From Planctomycetales bacterium (lineage in GTDB: Bacteria; 4484-113): 64,000 bases of DNA. This document shows, piece after piece, positions 38,139 through 47,865 of the stretch (positions are counted from its first letter, which is position 1; the number at the start of each line of letters is the position of its first letter). The position numbers and the translations under genes were made by a program. A model generated the notes under the pieces. It worked only from the letters and a program-made list of their open reading frames with translations. It did not search any database and had not been told where the DNA came from. The DNA lies in the NCBI GenBank assembly GCA_030606285.1, contig JAUWGS010000001.1, positions 246,572 through 310,571 on the forward strand, given 5' to 3'.

Positions 38139-39608
38139 TCACTCCCGGCGTATGCTGTCCAGGAGGTTACCCTCCTTATCGTACAGGCGCACTTCGAGTG
38201 GCATTTGCCCCGGCAATGAATGCGTCGCGCAGGCAAAGCACGGGTCGTATGCCCTGAACGCCATCTCAACCATGTTCAGCATCGGTTCGGTAACCTCCGC
38301 TCCGGCTTTAATGACCCCCTGCGCCGCCTTCTTAATCGACATACAAATTGCACCGTTGTTGTTTGTGGTGCCGACGATCAGATTCGCCTTCTGCACAATT
38401 CCCTTCTCGTCAGTAATGTAGTGATGCGTGAGTGTGCCGCGCGGGGCTTCAACGATGCCCACGCCTTCGGTCGGTTTCTCCGTCGGGATAACGCGGTAGT
38501 CTGGACCCGTGATATCGGGATCCTGTGCCAGCTCCAGGAAGCGCTCAGCTGCATACATTATCTCAATAACGCGCGCCCAGTGGGTAGCAAGCGTGGCGTT
38601 CACCGGCTTACCGCCGAGCGTGTCGTAGAAGCGCTCATATTGCTCCTGTGCCAGCGGGGTGGCCATCCCGTCCGCTACGTTCAGGCGTGACAGCGGGGTT
38701 GCGCGGTAAATCCCTGAATCCTGACCATCCACCAGGCCCTTCCAGCCAATGGACTTGATGTACGGGAACTTGAGGTAGGACCATGGCAGGACACACTCCT
38801 CTACAACATCGAGGTAATCCTTGGGTTCGTACTTAACGATTTCCTTACCCTCGGTATCGGTGACTCTTACCTTGCCATCGTAGAAGTTTATGTGGTTATT
38901 CTCATCAACCATCCCCATGTTGTGGCACGTGAGCACATAGGGATCGGAAAGGATGAGATCCACATACTCCTTTTTAGCGAGCACGAAGTCATCCACTACT
39001 TTGAGTGTGAACTTCGCGAACTCAAGCTTGTGCTTCGCAATCTCCAGGATGCGATCGTGATCTTCCTTGTCTGTGAGACCCTTGCTCATTCCGCCGGGGA
39101 GCATGTTGACCGGAATCACCGGCTTCCCGCCCAGAATCTTCGCAACTTCGTGACACTCAATGCGCGTGCGAATAACTTCCTTGCCAATTTCGACGCCCAC
39201 TTTGTGAATCACGCCGAGGATATTGCGAACCGCGGGGTCAGCATCCGGTCCCATCACGAAGTCGGGGCCGCCCAGAGCGTAGAAATGCGTCGTATGGTCG
39301 CCCAGCATGAAGGCGCTGTACTGCAACTCACGCAGTTTCCTGGCGGTTGGCGGAAGCTCCACATGATAGACCGCATCGCCGGCTTTGGCCGATGCTGTAA
39401 GGTGAGCCTCCGGACAGACACCGCAGATTCGGCTCGTTATGCGCGGCATCTCCTCCACTGGCCGGCCTTCGGCGAACTTCTCGAAGCCGCGTAGCTCCGG
39501 TACCTGGAAAAAGACGTTATCCACGCTTCCGTCGTCATTGAGGAAAATCTCTATTTTCCCATGGCCTTCAAGGCGTGTAATCGGGTCGATGGTTATTCGC
39601 TTGGTCAT
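38139..39608 (-). CDS. mvhA: [NiFe] hydrogenase large subunit, group 3c-like
   Basis: TRLEGHG, RICGVC (L1), EAPRGTL.H, RAYDPCFACATH (L2) plus cleavable C-tail. Confidence 0.93.
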   Translation of the reverse strand: MTKRITIDPITRLEGHGKIEIFLNDDGSVDNVFFQVPELRGFEKFAEGRPVEEMPRITSRICGVCPEAHLTASAKAGDAVYHVELPPTARKLRELQYSAFMLGDHTTHFYALGGPDFVMGPDADPAVRNILGVIHKVGVEIGKEVIRTRIECHEVAKILGGKPVIPVNMLPGGMSKGLTDKEDHDRILEIAKHKLEFAKFTLKVVDDFVLAKKEYVDLILSDPYVLTCHNMGMVDENNHINFYDGKVRVTDTEGKEIVKYEPKDYLDVVEECVLPWSYLKFPYIKSIGWKGLVDGQDSGIYRATPLSRLNVADGMATPLAQEQYERFYDTLGGKPVNATLATHWARVIEIMYAAERFLELAQDPDITGPDYRVIPTEKPTEGVGIVEAPRGTLTHHYITDEKGIVQKANLIVGTTNNNGAICMSIKKAAQGVIKAGAEVTEPMLNMVEMAFRAYDPCFACATHSLPGQMPLEVRLYDKEGNLLDSIRRE

Positions 39609-40600
39609 TTCGTCTCCTTCTTAGCCCCAACAAGACGCCGCCTTACCAGATACGAATGTGACATGCTGAAGCGATAGAAAAGACCCGCTGGGTCAACGAT
39701 TTCATCAATGACGCGCTGGATCTCTTCCTCGTCTTCGCTCTCAAGAACCGAGCCAATGGCGGATATCATCTTGGCTCCCTGGTCGTAGACATCCGCGCAT
39801 GGACCGTAGCAGCCACGGCAGGGCATTCCGGCGTTAATACAGCGAGCCTCGCAGCCGCTGCGGGTCGCCGGTCCCATGCATATAATTCCCTGCTCCAGCA
39901 GGCATTGCTCGGGATCCGGCGCTACGTATTCATGCGGGCGTTTGAATCTTTTAATCTTCGTCTCTTTCCTCTCCCGGGGACACTCGTCGCACACGGACTT
40001 ATTGCCCGCCCCGATGACGCTACCGGTGGGAGGAAGTTCTCCCGATACAATCGCTTCAATAGCAGCCCATGTGGTATTCTCCGCCGGTGGGCAGCCCGGT
40101 ATGAAATAATCCACATCGACGATATCGGACAGCTTCCGCACTGTTTCCCAGAACTCCGGCAGGTAGAGTTCGTAGCCGTTCTCCGTATGTTTCGTCTTCG
40201 GCTCGATTCTGTCGGGATTCACCGTGCTCTGACTCTCATGGTAGGCGCGGTCAAATACCTCCTCCTTGCTGTAGAAGTTCGCAAGAGCAGGGATACCGCC
40301 TTCGTAGGAACAAGAACCGTAGGCTATGAGTATCTTGGACTTCTCGCGCAGAAGATGGGCGATTTCTTCGGCTTCCGAGTTGCGGATCGCGCCGTTGAAA
40401 AAAGTCACATCGATGTACTTGTCCGGATAGGCCTTCACATCCTTGTACTTGAAGTCTGCGATGCACGGCCATAAAACGATATCGGCAAGTTCATCAACAA
40501 TCAGAATCTTCTCGCCAATCTCCAGCATACTGATATCGCAGCCTCCACAGGAGGCAGCCCAGTAAACTCCGAGTTTCAGCTTTTCTTTAGGTTGTTCCAT
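39605..40600 (-). CDS. mvhG: [NiFe] hydrogenase small subunit
   Basis: ASCGGC, GSC, PGCPP, CDEC, CLL..G.ICMGP, CRGCYG. Confidence 0.92.
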   Translation of the reverse strand: MEQPKEKLKLGVYWAASCGGCDISMLEIGEKILIVDELADIVLWPCIADFKYKDVKAYPDKYIDVTFFNGAIRNSEAEEIAHLLREKSKILIAYGSCSYEGGIPALANFYSKEEVFDRAYHESQSTVNPDRIEPKTKHTENGYELYLPEFWETVRKLSDIVDVDYFIPGCPPAENTTWAAIEAIVSGELPPTGSVIGAGNKSVCDECPRERKETKIKRFKRPHEYVAPDPEQCLLEQGIICMGPATRSGCEARCINAGMPCRGCYGPCADVYDQGAKMISAIGSVLESEDEEEIQRVIDEIVDPAGLFYRFSMSHSYLVRRRLVGAKKETK

Positions 40601-40687
40601 AAAGAAAACTCCAGATGGTTACCATATCCGGTGCCCCGGCTCCCCGAAACCCGAGAAGGCCAGAAGCTTCGGGATCTACATCCATAA

Positions 40688-41164
40688 TCACTTCGGTTCG
40701 AAGTTCTTGCGCCAGTTGAGTGGACCGAGCTTACGAACCTTCTCCGTCATATCGGTGACAACCTTGGCGTACTTGTGGATCTCCCCGGCGGATATCCATT
40801 CGAGTCGCAGTCGTTCATCCTCCACGCCAAACTGCGAAAGCATCTTCTTGAGAAGCGAAATCCTCGCCACTGTCTTGTAGTTGCCGCTAATGTAATGGCA
40901 CTGTCCGGGATGGCACCCGCCTATGAGCACACCATCCGCGCCTTCTGCGAATGCTCGCATAACGAAAGATGGGTCCACTCGGCTCGAACACATTACACGG
41001 ATGATACTGACATTGGGCGGGTACTTAAGGCGACTTGTGCCAGCCATATCAGAAGCCGCGTACGTGCACCACCAGCATAAGAAGCCGATGATTTTTGGCT
41101 CGAAGGGAACGATCCCTTCAGCGGTGTTTGCCGGACTCTTTTCGGCAGCTGTTATATCAGCCAT
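40688..41164 (-). CDS. mvhD: MvhD [2Fe-2S] adaptor subunit
   Basis: FLCWWCTY, RVMCSSRV, GCHPGQCHY.SGN, EWISAGE. Confidence 0.93.
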   Translation of the reverse strand: MADITAAEKSPANTAEGIVPFEPKIIGFLCWWCTYAASDMAGTSRLKYPPNVSIIRVMCSSRVDPSFVMRAFAEGADGVLIGGCHPGQCHYISGNYKTVARISLLKKMLSQFGVEDERLRLEWISAGEIHKYAKVVTDMTEKVRKLGPLNWRKNFEPK

Positions 41165-41177
41165 AGATTCCACTCCT

Positions 41178-42968
41178 TCACGACATCAAGAGAGCAGCCA
41201 ATTCCGCCTCTATTTGAGCATCATCGAAGCCGCGCTGGGTAATGGCACCGCTTGGGCAGGCAGCAACACAGCATCCACAAGCCTTACAGAGCACATCATT
41301 GATGACGGAAATGTGCTTCTCCTCATCATAAGAAATAGCTCCAAACGGACACACAACCATGCAAGTCTTGCAGCCGGTGCATACTTCCTCGTCAACCACT
41401 GAAGTAATCGGTTCGAGGGCTACTTCACCCGCATCTATCAAGCTCATCGCAGCCGCAGCCGCGGCAGCACCTTGAGCCACGCTATCGGGAATGTCTTTGG
41501 GCCCCTGAGCACACCCGGCGATGAAAATCCCGTCTGATAGGGTGTCAACAGGTGCAAGCTTGGGATGCTTCTCCATAAAGAAGCCGTCAGCCTTGCTGGT
41601 TATCTTGAATACGCGGGCTATCTCCTCCGCATCCGCAGTCGGTTCAAGCCCTACAGATAGAATCACCATATCTACCGGTAGCTCGCGCGGCACACCGAGA
41701 AGGGTGTCCTCGCAGCGGACATACAGCTTCTTGCCCTCCGCGCGCTCTGCGGTGGCCAGCGTAGGCGCGCTGCTCACCTCCACACCCTTGCCACGGATGA
41801 AATGCACGCCTTCTTCAAGCAGCCGATTGTAAAACTCTTCATAACCGCTTCCGGGGCAACGCATATCAATGTACAGCTCGTAGATATCGGCGTCAGGGAT
41901 CTTCTCTCTGATTAGGTGCGCCATCTTCAGACTGTACATACAGCAGACGCGCGAGCAGTACTCGTTGAAGTTCTTGTCGCGGGAGCCGATACAGTGAAGG
42001 ATGGCAACAGACTTGGGCTCCGTACCGTCCTCCTTCACTAACGCGCCACCGGTCACGCCTGAGGCATGAGACATGTGCTCAAACTCAAGGGAAGTAATAA
42101 CGTTGTCCAATCTGCCATACCCGTACTGCTCCGCTCTCGCGGGATCGAAGGTCTTGAACCCGGTAGCAAGTATAATGCTGCCAACCTCCATCTCCTCGAA
42201 GGTGTCCTGCATCTCATAGTCTATCGCATCAGGCTCGCAAACCTTAGAGCAAATCCCGCATCCGCCGGTCTGCATATGGATGCAACTTTGAGCATCAATG
42301 ACCGGTATGCCGGGGATCGCCGCCGCGAACGGAATATGGATCGGTGTCGTCGGACCTAGCGCAAGTTCGGATACTACGTATTTCCGCCCGCGGATGTCCT
42401 CGACCTTTATGTGACCTGTCGGGCATACATAGGCGCATGCGCCGCAGGCAATGCAAGTCTCTGATTCCCCTTCGAAAGGCGTTGAGACGTAACGCTCGGT
42501 TCCCCGTTTCACAAACGTAAGCGCATTCGCGCCCACGACTTCCGCGCACACTCGCACGCATAGTCCGCAGTTGATGCATTGCTCCGAGGGCATCTCCTCA
42601 AAGCGGGTCGTATCCACACCGTACTCGTGCGCCAGTTTGCGCACGACATCAACCTGCGAGTGGCGTGCGAGCATCAGTTCCAGCAGCATCTTGCGGTGCT
42701 TGATGACCTCTTCGGAGCGTGTCTGAACGACTATCCCGTCCCTCACGTTGTAGGTGCAGGCGGGCACCATCCGCGTTTTCCCGTGCACCTCAACTTCCAC
42801 TGTGCATATTCGACAGGCGCCGTACGGCTTGACGAACTTCCAGTGGCATAGGGTCGGGATATCGATCAGCAGGCGCTCGGCAACTTGGAGTATCGTCTCG
42901 CCTTCTCGCGCCTCAGTCTCGATACCGTCGATGGTCAGCTTCAACAGTTTTTCACTGGTTTCTTCCAT
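41178..42968 (-). CDS. fusion of NuoG/HydA-like N-terminal Fe-S domains with the C-terminal half of HdrA
   Basis: IPTLC..GACRIC..PAC [2Fe-2S]; CINCGLCVRVC and CIACGACAYVCP; then IILATGF, HCIGSRD, YCSRVCC, YIDMR, HPKLAPV, AGCAQGPKDI and a C-terminal ferredoxin. Confidence 0.9.
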   Translation of the reverse strand: MEETSEKLLKLTIDGIETEAREGETILQVAERLLIDIPTLCHWKFVKPYGACRICTVEVEVHGKTRMVPACTYNVRDGIVVQTRSEEVIKHRKMLLELMLARHSQVDVVRKLAHEYGVDTTRFEEMPSEQCINCGLCVRVCAEVVGANALTFVKRGTERYVSTPFEGESETCIACGACAYVCPTGHIKVEDIRGRKYVVSELALGPTTPIHIPFAAAIPGIPVIDAQSCIHMQTGGCGICSKVCEPDAIDYEMQDTFEEMEVGSIILATGFKTFDPARAEQYGYGRLDNVITSLEFEHMSHASGVTGGALVKEDGTEPKSVAILHCIGSRDKNFNEYCSRVCCMYSLKMAHLIREKIPDADIYELYIDMRCPGSGYEEFYNRLLEEGVHFIRGKGVEVSSAPTLATAERAEGKKLYVRCEDTLLGVPRELPVDMVILSVGLEPTADAEEIARVFKITSKADGFFMEKHPKLAPVDTLSDGIFIAGCAQGPKDIPDSVAQGAAAAAAAMSLIDAGEVALEPITSVVDEEVCTGCKTCMVVCPFGAISYDEEKHISVINDVLCKACGCCVAACPSGAITQRGFDDAQIEAELAALLMS

Positions 42969-44882
42969 TTACCGCATCTCCGTCACGTTCTTGCGACAAT
43001 GTTCGGTCGTAACTGCTGGAGACTCCACTACTATGGCATCCTCCGGGCAAACCTCTTTGCACGCGCTGCACTTCTCGCACACAGCCACATCGATCTCACG
43101 CAGCAAGCCGTCCTTGCGTTTTTCATCAGGAACGGGCTGGATGGCCTCCACGGGGCACACCTTCTCACAGGCACCGCAACCGGTGCAACGTGCCGGATCA
43201 ACGTGGTACGAGATGAGCGCCCGGCAAACGCGCCCCGGGCATCTGTGCTCATTGATATGGGCCAGGTACTCGTCCTCGAAGTACCTGATGCTGGACAAAA
43301 CCGGATTCGGAGCCGATACCCCGAGACCGCACAGAGCGGATACGGCAATCGCGTCGCCGAACCTGGCAAGGCGGTCCATGTCCTCAGGCTTGCCCTTGCC
43401 TTCAGTAATCCGGTGCAGGATTCGGGACATGTGCATCAGCCCTTCCCGGCACGGCAGACACTTCCCGCAGCTTTCTTCAAGCAGGAAATCGGTAAAGTAC
43501 TTGGCGACGTCCACCACGCACGTGTCCTCGTCCATGACGATCATGCCGCCCGATCCCATCATCGAGCCGGCCTGAGTCAGCACGTCGAAGTCAACCGGCA
43601 GGTCGAGCGACGACGCGGGCAGGCAGCCACCTGACGGCCCGCCGGTCTGCACCGCTTTAAAGGCCTTGCCGCCCTTGATGCCGCCACCGATATCAAAGAC
43701 GATCTCCCTCAGCGTGATCCCCATCGGGACTTCGATGAGTCCCGTATTCTCCACCTTGCCCACGAGCGAGAATACCTTCGTCCCCGGGCTGTCCTCTGTG
43801 CCAATGCCGCGGAACCACTTCGCGCCCCGACTGATGATATGCGGCACATTCGCCCAGGTCTCAACGTTGTTGAGGTTCGTGGGTTCCTCGTGGTAACCCC
43901 GCTCGACAGAATGGATGTATTTCGCGCGCGGTTCACCGACCATTCCTTCAAGGCTGCGGAACAGCGCAGAAGACTCGCCGCATACAAACGCGCCACCACC
44001 GCGCGAGATTTTGATGTCGAAGTCCAATCCCGAGCCAAGGATGTTCTCCCCCAGGAAGCCGTACTCATGCGCCTGTTTCAACGCGTTGCTGAAGGCTTTT
44101 AACGCCCTTGGGTACTCGTTGCGTATGTAGATAAAGCCGTCGTCGCCGCCGATGGCCCAGGCGCCGATAACCATTCCTTCAATGACACTGTGGGGATTGC
44201 CCTCAAGAATGGACTCATCCATAAATGCGCCGGGGTCACCCTCATCGGCGTTGCAGATGATGTGACGGCGCTCGCCGGGTGCTTCGCGGCAGTTCTTCCA
44301 TTTGCGTCCCGCGTCAAAGCCACCGCCGCCGCGCCCGCGCAGCTTAGCGTCTGATATTTCCTTTAGCACAGCGTCAGGTGTCATTTCAAGCAGCGCTCTG
44401 CTGAGCGCGCCGTATCCACCGTATGCCAGGTAATCGTCGATGCTGTACGGGTCGATATGGCTGTTCAGCGCGAGCACAACCTTGCTTTGCTTCGCGTAAA
44501 ACGGGATCTCGTCCTCTTTTGCGAATACGTTGCCGTTGTCTCCGGGGTGGTAAAGCAGGCGGTCAATAACTTCGCCTTTCTTCAGCGAGCGCTCGACGAT
44601 TTCAGGCACGTCGTCCGACTTCACCCGCTGGTATACAACGTCCAGCGGCCGGACAACTACTAAAGGCCCAACTTCACAGAATCCGTGGCAGCCGCTCTTG
44701 ATAAACTTCACAGACTTGTCGCCGCCCAGCGCCTCTTCGAACGCTTCTGCCAGTTCCTTGGCTCCTATAGCGCAGCACGCGGTACCGTGGCAAAGGGACA
44801 CCACGAGCGGGAACTCGTCGAGCGAGCTCTTGCAGCGCTCCTGGAAGCGCTTCACCTGTTCAGCTGTCTGAAGCCTAGGCAT
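42969..44882 (-). CDS. NuoF/HydB-type NAD(P)H-binding flavoprotein with extra Fe-S domains
   Basis: N-terminal CHGTAC..GCHGFC, RGRGGGGF, NADEGDPGAFMD, GGPSGG, SCGKCLPCREG, C-terminal 2x[4Fe-4S]. Confidence 0.94.
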   Translation of the reverse strand: MPRLQTAEQVKRFQERCKSSLDEFPLVVSLCHGTACCAIGAKELAEAFEEALGGDKSVKFIKSGCHGFCEVGPLVVVRPLDVVYQRVKSDDVPEIVERSLKKGEVIDRLLYHPGDNGNVFAKEDEIPFYAKQSKVVLALNSHIDPYSIDDYLAYGGYGALSRALLEMTPDAVLKEISDAKLRGRGGGGFDAGRKWKNCREAPGERRHIICNADEGDPGAFMDESILEGNPHSVIEGMVIGAWAIGGDDGFIYIRNEYPRALKAFSNALKQAHEYGFLGENILGSGLDFDIKISRGGGAFVCGESSALFRSLEGMVGEPRAKYIHSVERGYHEEPTNLNNVETWANVPHIISRGAKWFRGIGTEDSPGTKVFSLVGKVENTGLIEVPMGITLREIVFDIGGGIKGGKAFKAVQTGGPSGGCLPASSLDLPVDFDVLTQAGSMMGSGGMIVMDEDTCVVDVAKYFTDFLLEESCGKCLPCREGLMHMSRILHRITEGKGKPEDMDRLARFGDAIAVSALCGLGVSAPNPVLSSIRYFEDEYLAHINEHRCPGRVCRALISYHVDPARCTGCGACEKVCPVEAIQPVPDEKRKDGLLREIDVAVCEKCSACKEVCPEDAIVVESPAVTTEHCRKNVTEMR

Positions 44883-45396
44883 TCGCGCCTTCTTCTTTAG
44901 CTGCTTCCCGCTTTAGCCGCTTAACAACGGCATTAGTGCGATTCGTGGTCATATTGCCCTTGTATTCTCCGTCGACAACGAGGATCGGGCCGATAGCGCA
45001 CGCTCCGAGGCAGTTCACCCTTTCTAGAGTGAACAGCCCGTCGTCAGTCGTTTTGCCGAACTGCAAACCGTGCTGCCGGGACATAGCGCCTGCGATCAGT
45101 TCCGCTCCTCGCACGTGGCAAGCGGTACCCATGCAGAGTTGAAGTATATGCTTACCCCGTGGAACCAGGCTGAACACGCGGTAGAACGTCGCAATATGGT
45201 AGATACGCGGCTTGCGGACGTTCAGCCGGCGGGAGATATAGTCCAGGGCTTCCGGCGGCAGCCAATTGTACTTCTCCTGAACAGCGAGCATGGCCGCTAT
45301 AAGATCCTCCGAGTCGACCACCCAATCCTTGAGTAGCTCCTCGACCTGCTGGTCGGTAACAGCAGTCTGCTCACTTCCACCCGCCAGTTCAACCAC
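44875..45396 (-). CDS. NuoE/HydC-type [2Fe-2S] subunit
   Basis: ATFY, CMGTACHVRG, CLGAC..GP. Confidence 0.93.
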   Translation of the reverse strand: MVELAGGSEQTAVTDQQVEELLKDWVVDSEDLIAAMLAVQEKYNWLPPEALDYISRRLNVRKPRIYHIATFYRVFSLVPRGKHILQLCMGTACHVRGAELIAGAMSRQHGLQFGKTTDDGLFTLERVNCLGACAIGPILVVDGEYKGNMTTNRTNAVVKRLKREAAKEEGANA

Positions 45397-45418
45397 TTCA
45401 GTTACGATTTATAACCTC

Positions 45419-46336
45419 CTACACGCCTTTCGTGAGTTTCCTTTCCCGAACAAGCTTGTCCCCGAGCATTATCCTTCTATCCGATGGATAGAATGAAGAA
45501 GGACATACCGTCCAGCAGAGCTTGCATATCGTGCATTTGTCCACATCAACGTAGCGCGCTTTCTTCCGCACCTTCACCGTAAAGTTGCCCACATAGCCGC
45601 CGACTTCCTCAACTTCCGAGTAAGAAAGCAGTTCGATATTCGGATGCCTACCGACGGAGAAGATCTTCGGCGTGAGAATGCAGGATGCGCAGTCCAGCGT
45701 TGGGAAGGTCTTATCGAAGTCCGCCATGTGCCCGCCGATGGATGACTGCTTTTCCACCAGGTAGACCTTGTGCCCGCCGTCGGCTATGCGCAGCGCGGCT
45801 TCGATACCTGCTATACCACCGCCGACAATCATCGTATTCGGATTGACCGGCACCTTCTTTGGCTCCAAAGGCTTCTGGAAAGCGACTCTGGCGACTGCAG
45901 CCTTGAGAATCTTCTTAGCCTTCTCCAGGGCAGCTTTCTTATCCACCGTCACCCACGAAACATGTTCGCGGATATTCGCCATTTGCATGAGGTACTCATT
46001 CAATCCGCTGGTTTTGCTGGCCGCGCGATATGTGGGTTCGTGAAGTCTAGGTGAGCAAGCTGCAACCACGATTCGCGAAATATCATTTTCCTCTACGCTC
46101 TTGGTTATCTGGTTCTGACCCGGGCTTGAGCAGAAAAACTTGTTGTCTTCTGCAACCACAACCCCGGGTAAAGACCTCGCGTACTCAAGAAGCGCAGGCA
46201 TGCTAATAACTCCAGCTATGTTGGCTCCACAGTGGCAGATGTATACGCCTACCCGTACTTTCTCCAGCTGCTGCCGGATAAGCTCTTCTTCAGTGAAGGA
46301 CATCTTGTTTTTGCCGTTATCGCTTATTTCGTCCAT
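45419..46336 (-). CDS. hdrA: N-terminal half of heterodisulfide reductase subunit A
   Basis: GVYICHCG.NI, AACSPRLHE, NIREH, GGGIAG, DKTFPTLDCASCILTP; ends after ARYVDVDKCTICKLCWTVCP. Confidence 0.92.
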   Translation of the reverse strand: MDEISDNGKNKMSFTEEELIRQQLEKVRVGVYICHCGANIAGVISMPALLEYARSLPGVVVAEDNKFFCSSPGQNQITKSVEENDISRIVVAACSPRLHEPTYRAASKTSGLNEYLMQMANIREHVSWVTVDKKAALEKAKKILKAAVARVAFQKPLEPKKVPVNPNTMIVGGGIAGIEAALRIADGGHKVYLVEKQSSIGGHMADFDKTFPTLDCASCILTPKIFSVGRHPNIELLSYSEVEEVGGYVGNFTVKVRKKARYVDVDKCTICKLCWTVCPSSFYPSDRRIMLGDKLVRERKLTKGV

Positions 46337-46351
46337 ATTCGGCTCCTGTAG

Positions 46352-47221
46352 TTATGCATACCGAGAGACCAGCTTGTCCGCAGAGACGAGCTCAAGCCCA
46401 AATCCCAGCTTTTCCTTCGGAATACCGAAGGCAAGCCCCATCAACTGAGTGAAGTAGACGATGGGGATGGTGTAGTCTCCCCCGAGATACTGGTTAACCT
46501 CGGGCTGGTAGAAATCAAGATTCATGTGGCACAGAGGGCACGCCACGGCAATGCAGTCAGCGCCGTTATACTTGGCCTCTCTGAGCAGCCTGGCAACCAC
46601 TGGTATGGTCTTGCTGGATTCAGTGTTGGTGACCATTCCCCCGCAGCACTTGGCTGTCAGAGGATAATCCACAACCTCCGCTCCCAGCGATCGGGTGATG
46701 CGATCCAGAATTACCGGCCTTTCCTCGGAGTCGAATCCCCCGAAAGGGCGCGTGAGCATGCAGCCGTGGTAGGCCGCCACCTTCAAGCCATTCAGCGGCT
46801 TCGTGACTCGCTTTTCAACTTCATCCAGCCCAACAGTGTTGACCAGAACATCAACGAGATGCCGGATCCTCAGTCCACCGTCATAGTCCAGTCCTGCGGC
46901 CTGAAGGCCCTGGCGGATCAGATCCGCGAACTCAGGATTCGTCTGGAAGTACTCGTTGGTCTTATACAGGGTGATGTAGCAGGCCGGGCAAACGGTGACC
47001 ATCTGGTCAGCGCCCTCCCGGCGTGCCAGCGCTAGATTCCTCGCGCTGTTCCCGTGGGAAACCAGCTCGTGAACCGACATATACGTTGTTGCACCGCAGC
47101 AGTTCCAGTCCGGAAGCTCCTTGAGCTCCACATCCAATTCCTTGCATACGGCTCTCGCGGAGGTGTCGTACATCTTCGCGGTGTATTCAACAGAACAACC
47201 CGGGTAATAAAGCAGTTCCAT
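46352..47221 (-). CDS. hdrB: heterodisulfide reductase subunit B
   Basis: Two CCG domains (YYPGC, NCCG, CPAC; YHGC, CCGG, CPLC). Confidence 0.93.
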   Translation of the reverse strand: MELLYYPGCSVEYTAKMYDTSARAVCKELDVELKELPDWNCCGATTYMSVHELVSHGNSARNLALARREGADQMVTVCPACYITLYKTNEYFQTNPEFADLIRQGLQAAGLDYDGGLRIRHLVDVLVNTVGLDEVEKRVTKPLNGLKVAAYHGCMLTRPFGGFDSEERPVILDRITRSLGAEVVDYPLTAKCCGGMVTNTESSKTIPVVARLLREAKYNGADCIAVACPLCHMNLDFYQPEVNQYLGGDYTIPIVYFTQLMGLAFGIPKEKLGFGLELVSADKLVSRYA

Positions 47222-47853
47222 TAGCGCGCTTCCTCCTTGGCCATTTTCTCTTCCTCGAGCCGCTCAAGGGTCTCGCGTATCTTCCGCATTTCGTCGAGCC
47301 CCGCAACTTTCCTGCCGCTAATGGGCATCGGCAGGCGACCCCTGAAGAACATTTTGGCTCCTCGCCAAGCGTTCTTTATCGCATCGCCCCATCTTCCAGC
47401 CAGGTAGAACCTCGCCATGAGTTCCGATTCGTTATTTCTGCCGAGCCGGTTGGTGATGTTGATGAAGATGCGAGCCATTGCCGCTGCCCGAGTGCTGGGA
47501 GATGTATACCCGTACTTGATGCCCAGCCGCTTCAGCTCGTACATTATGTCCGTTATCTTTATTTGCTGCGGGCACCGCACGGTGCAGATGTAGCAGGACG
47601 TGCACATCCACGCCGTGTTGCTGTAAAGCACCCGATCCAGCATTCCCGCCCTCAGGGCCGCAAAGATTTCCCGCGGTGAGTAGTCCATGGCGTATGCCGT
47701 GGGACAGGAGGCGCTGCACGTGCCGCACTGGATACAAAGGTCGATTTTACGTCCGTCAGGCAGCGCGTAAACGTGCGACAGGAAGATGTCTGAGAGCTCC
47801 TCTGGCGAGAGTTTTTGTACCCGCGTCTTGGTCCTTAATTCGGATCGCGGCAT
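47221..47853 (-). CDS. hdrC: heterodisulfide reductase subunit C
   Basis: CIQCGTCSASCP and WMCTSCYICTVRCP. Confidence 0.93.
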   Translation of the reverse strand: MPRSELRTKTRVQKLSPEELSDIFLSHVYALPDGRKIDLCIQCGTCSASCPTAYAMDYSPREIFAALRAGMLDRVLYSNTAWMCTSCYICTVRCPQQIKITDIMYELKRLGIKYGYTSPSTRAAAMARIFINITNRLGRNNESELMARFYLAGRWGDAIKNAWRGAKMFFRGRLPMPISGRKVAGLDEMRKIRETLERLEEEKMAKEEAR

Positions 47854-47865
47854 ATCGTATCTCCT

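Noticed and set aside
42969-45396. Respiratory complex I operon
   Set aside because: No membrane Nuo subunits; the context is a soluble Hdr/Mvh complex.
38139-46336. Selenocysteine recoding in MvhA, MvhD or HdrA
   Set aside because: The usual Sec positions are Cys (DPCFAC, GCHPGQC, DCASC), and the HdrA break is a true separation by two genes, not a TGA.
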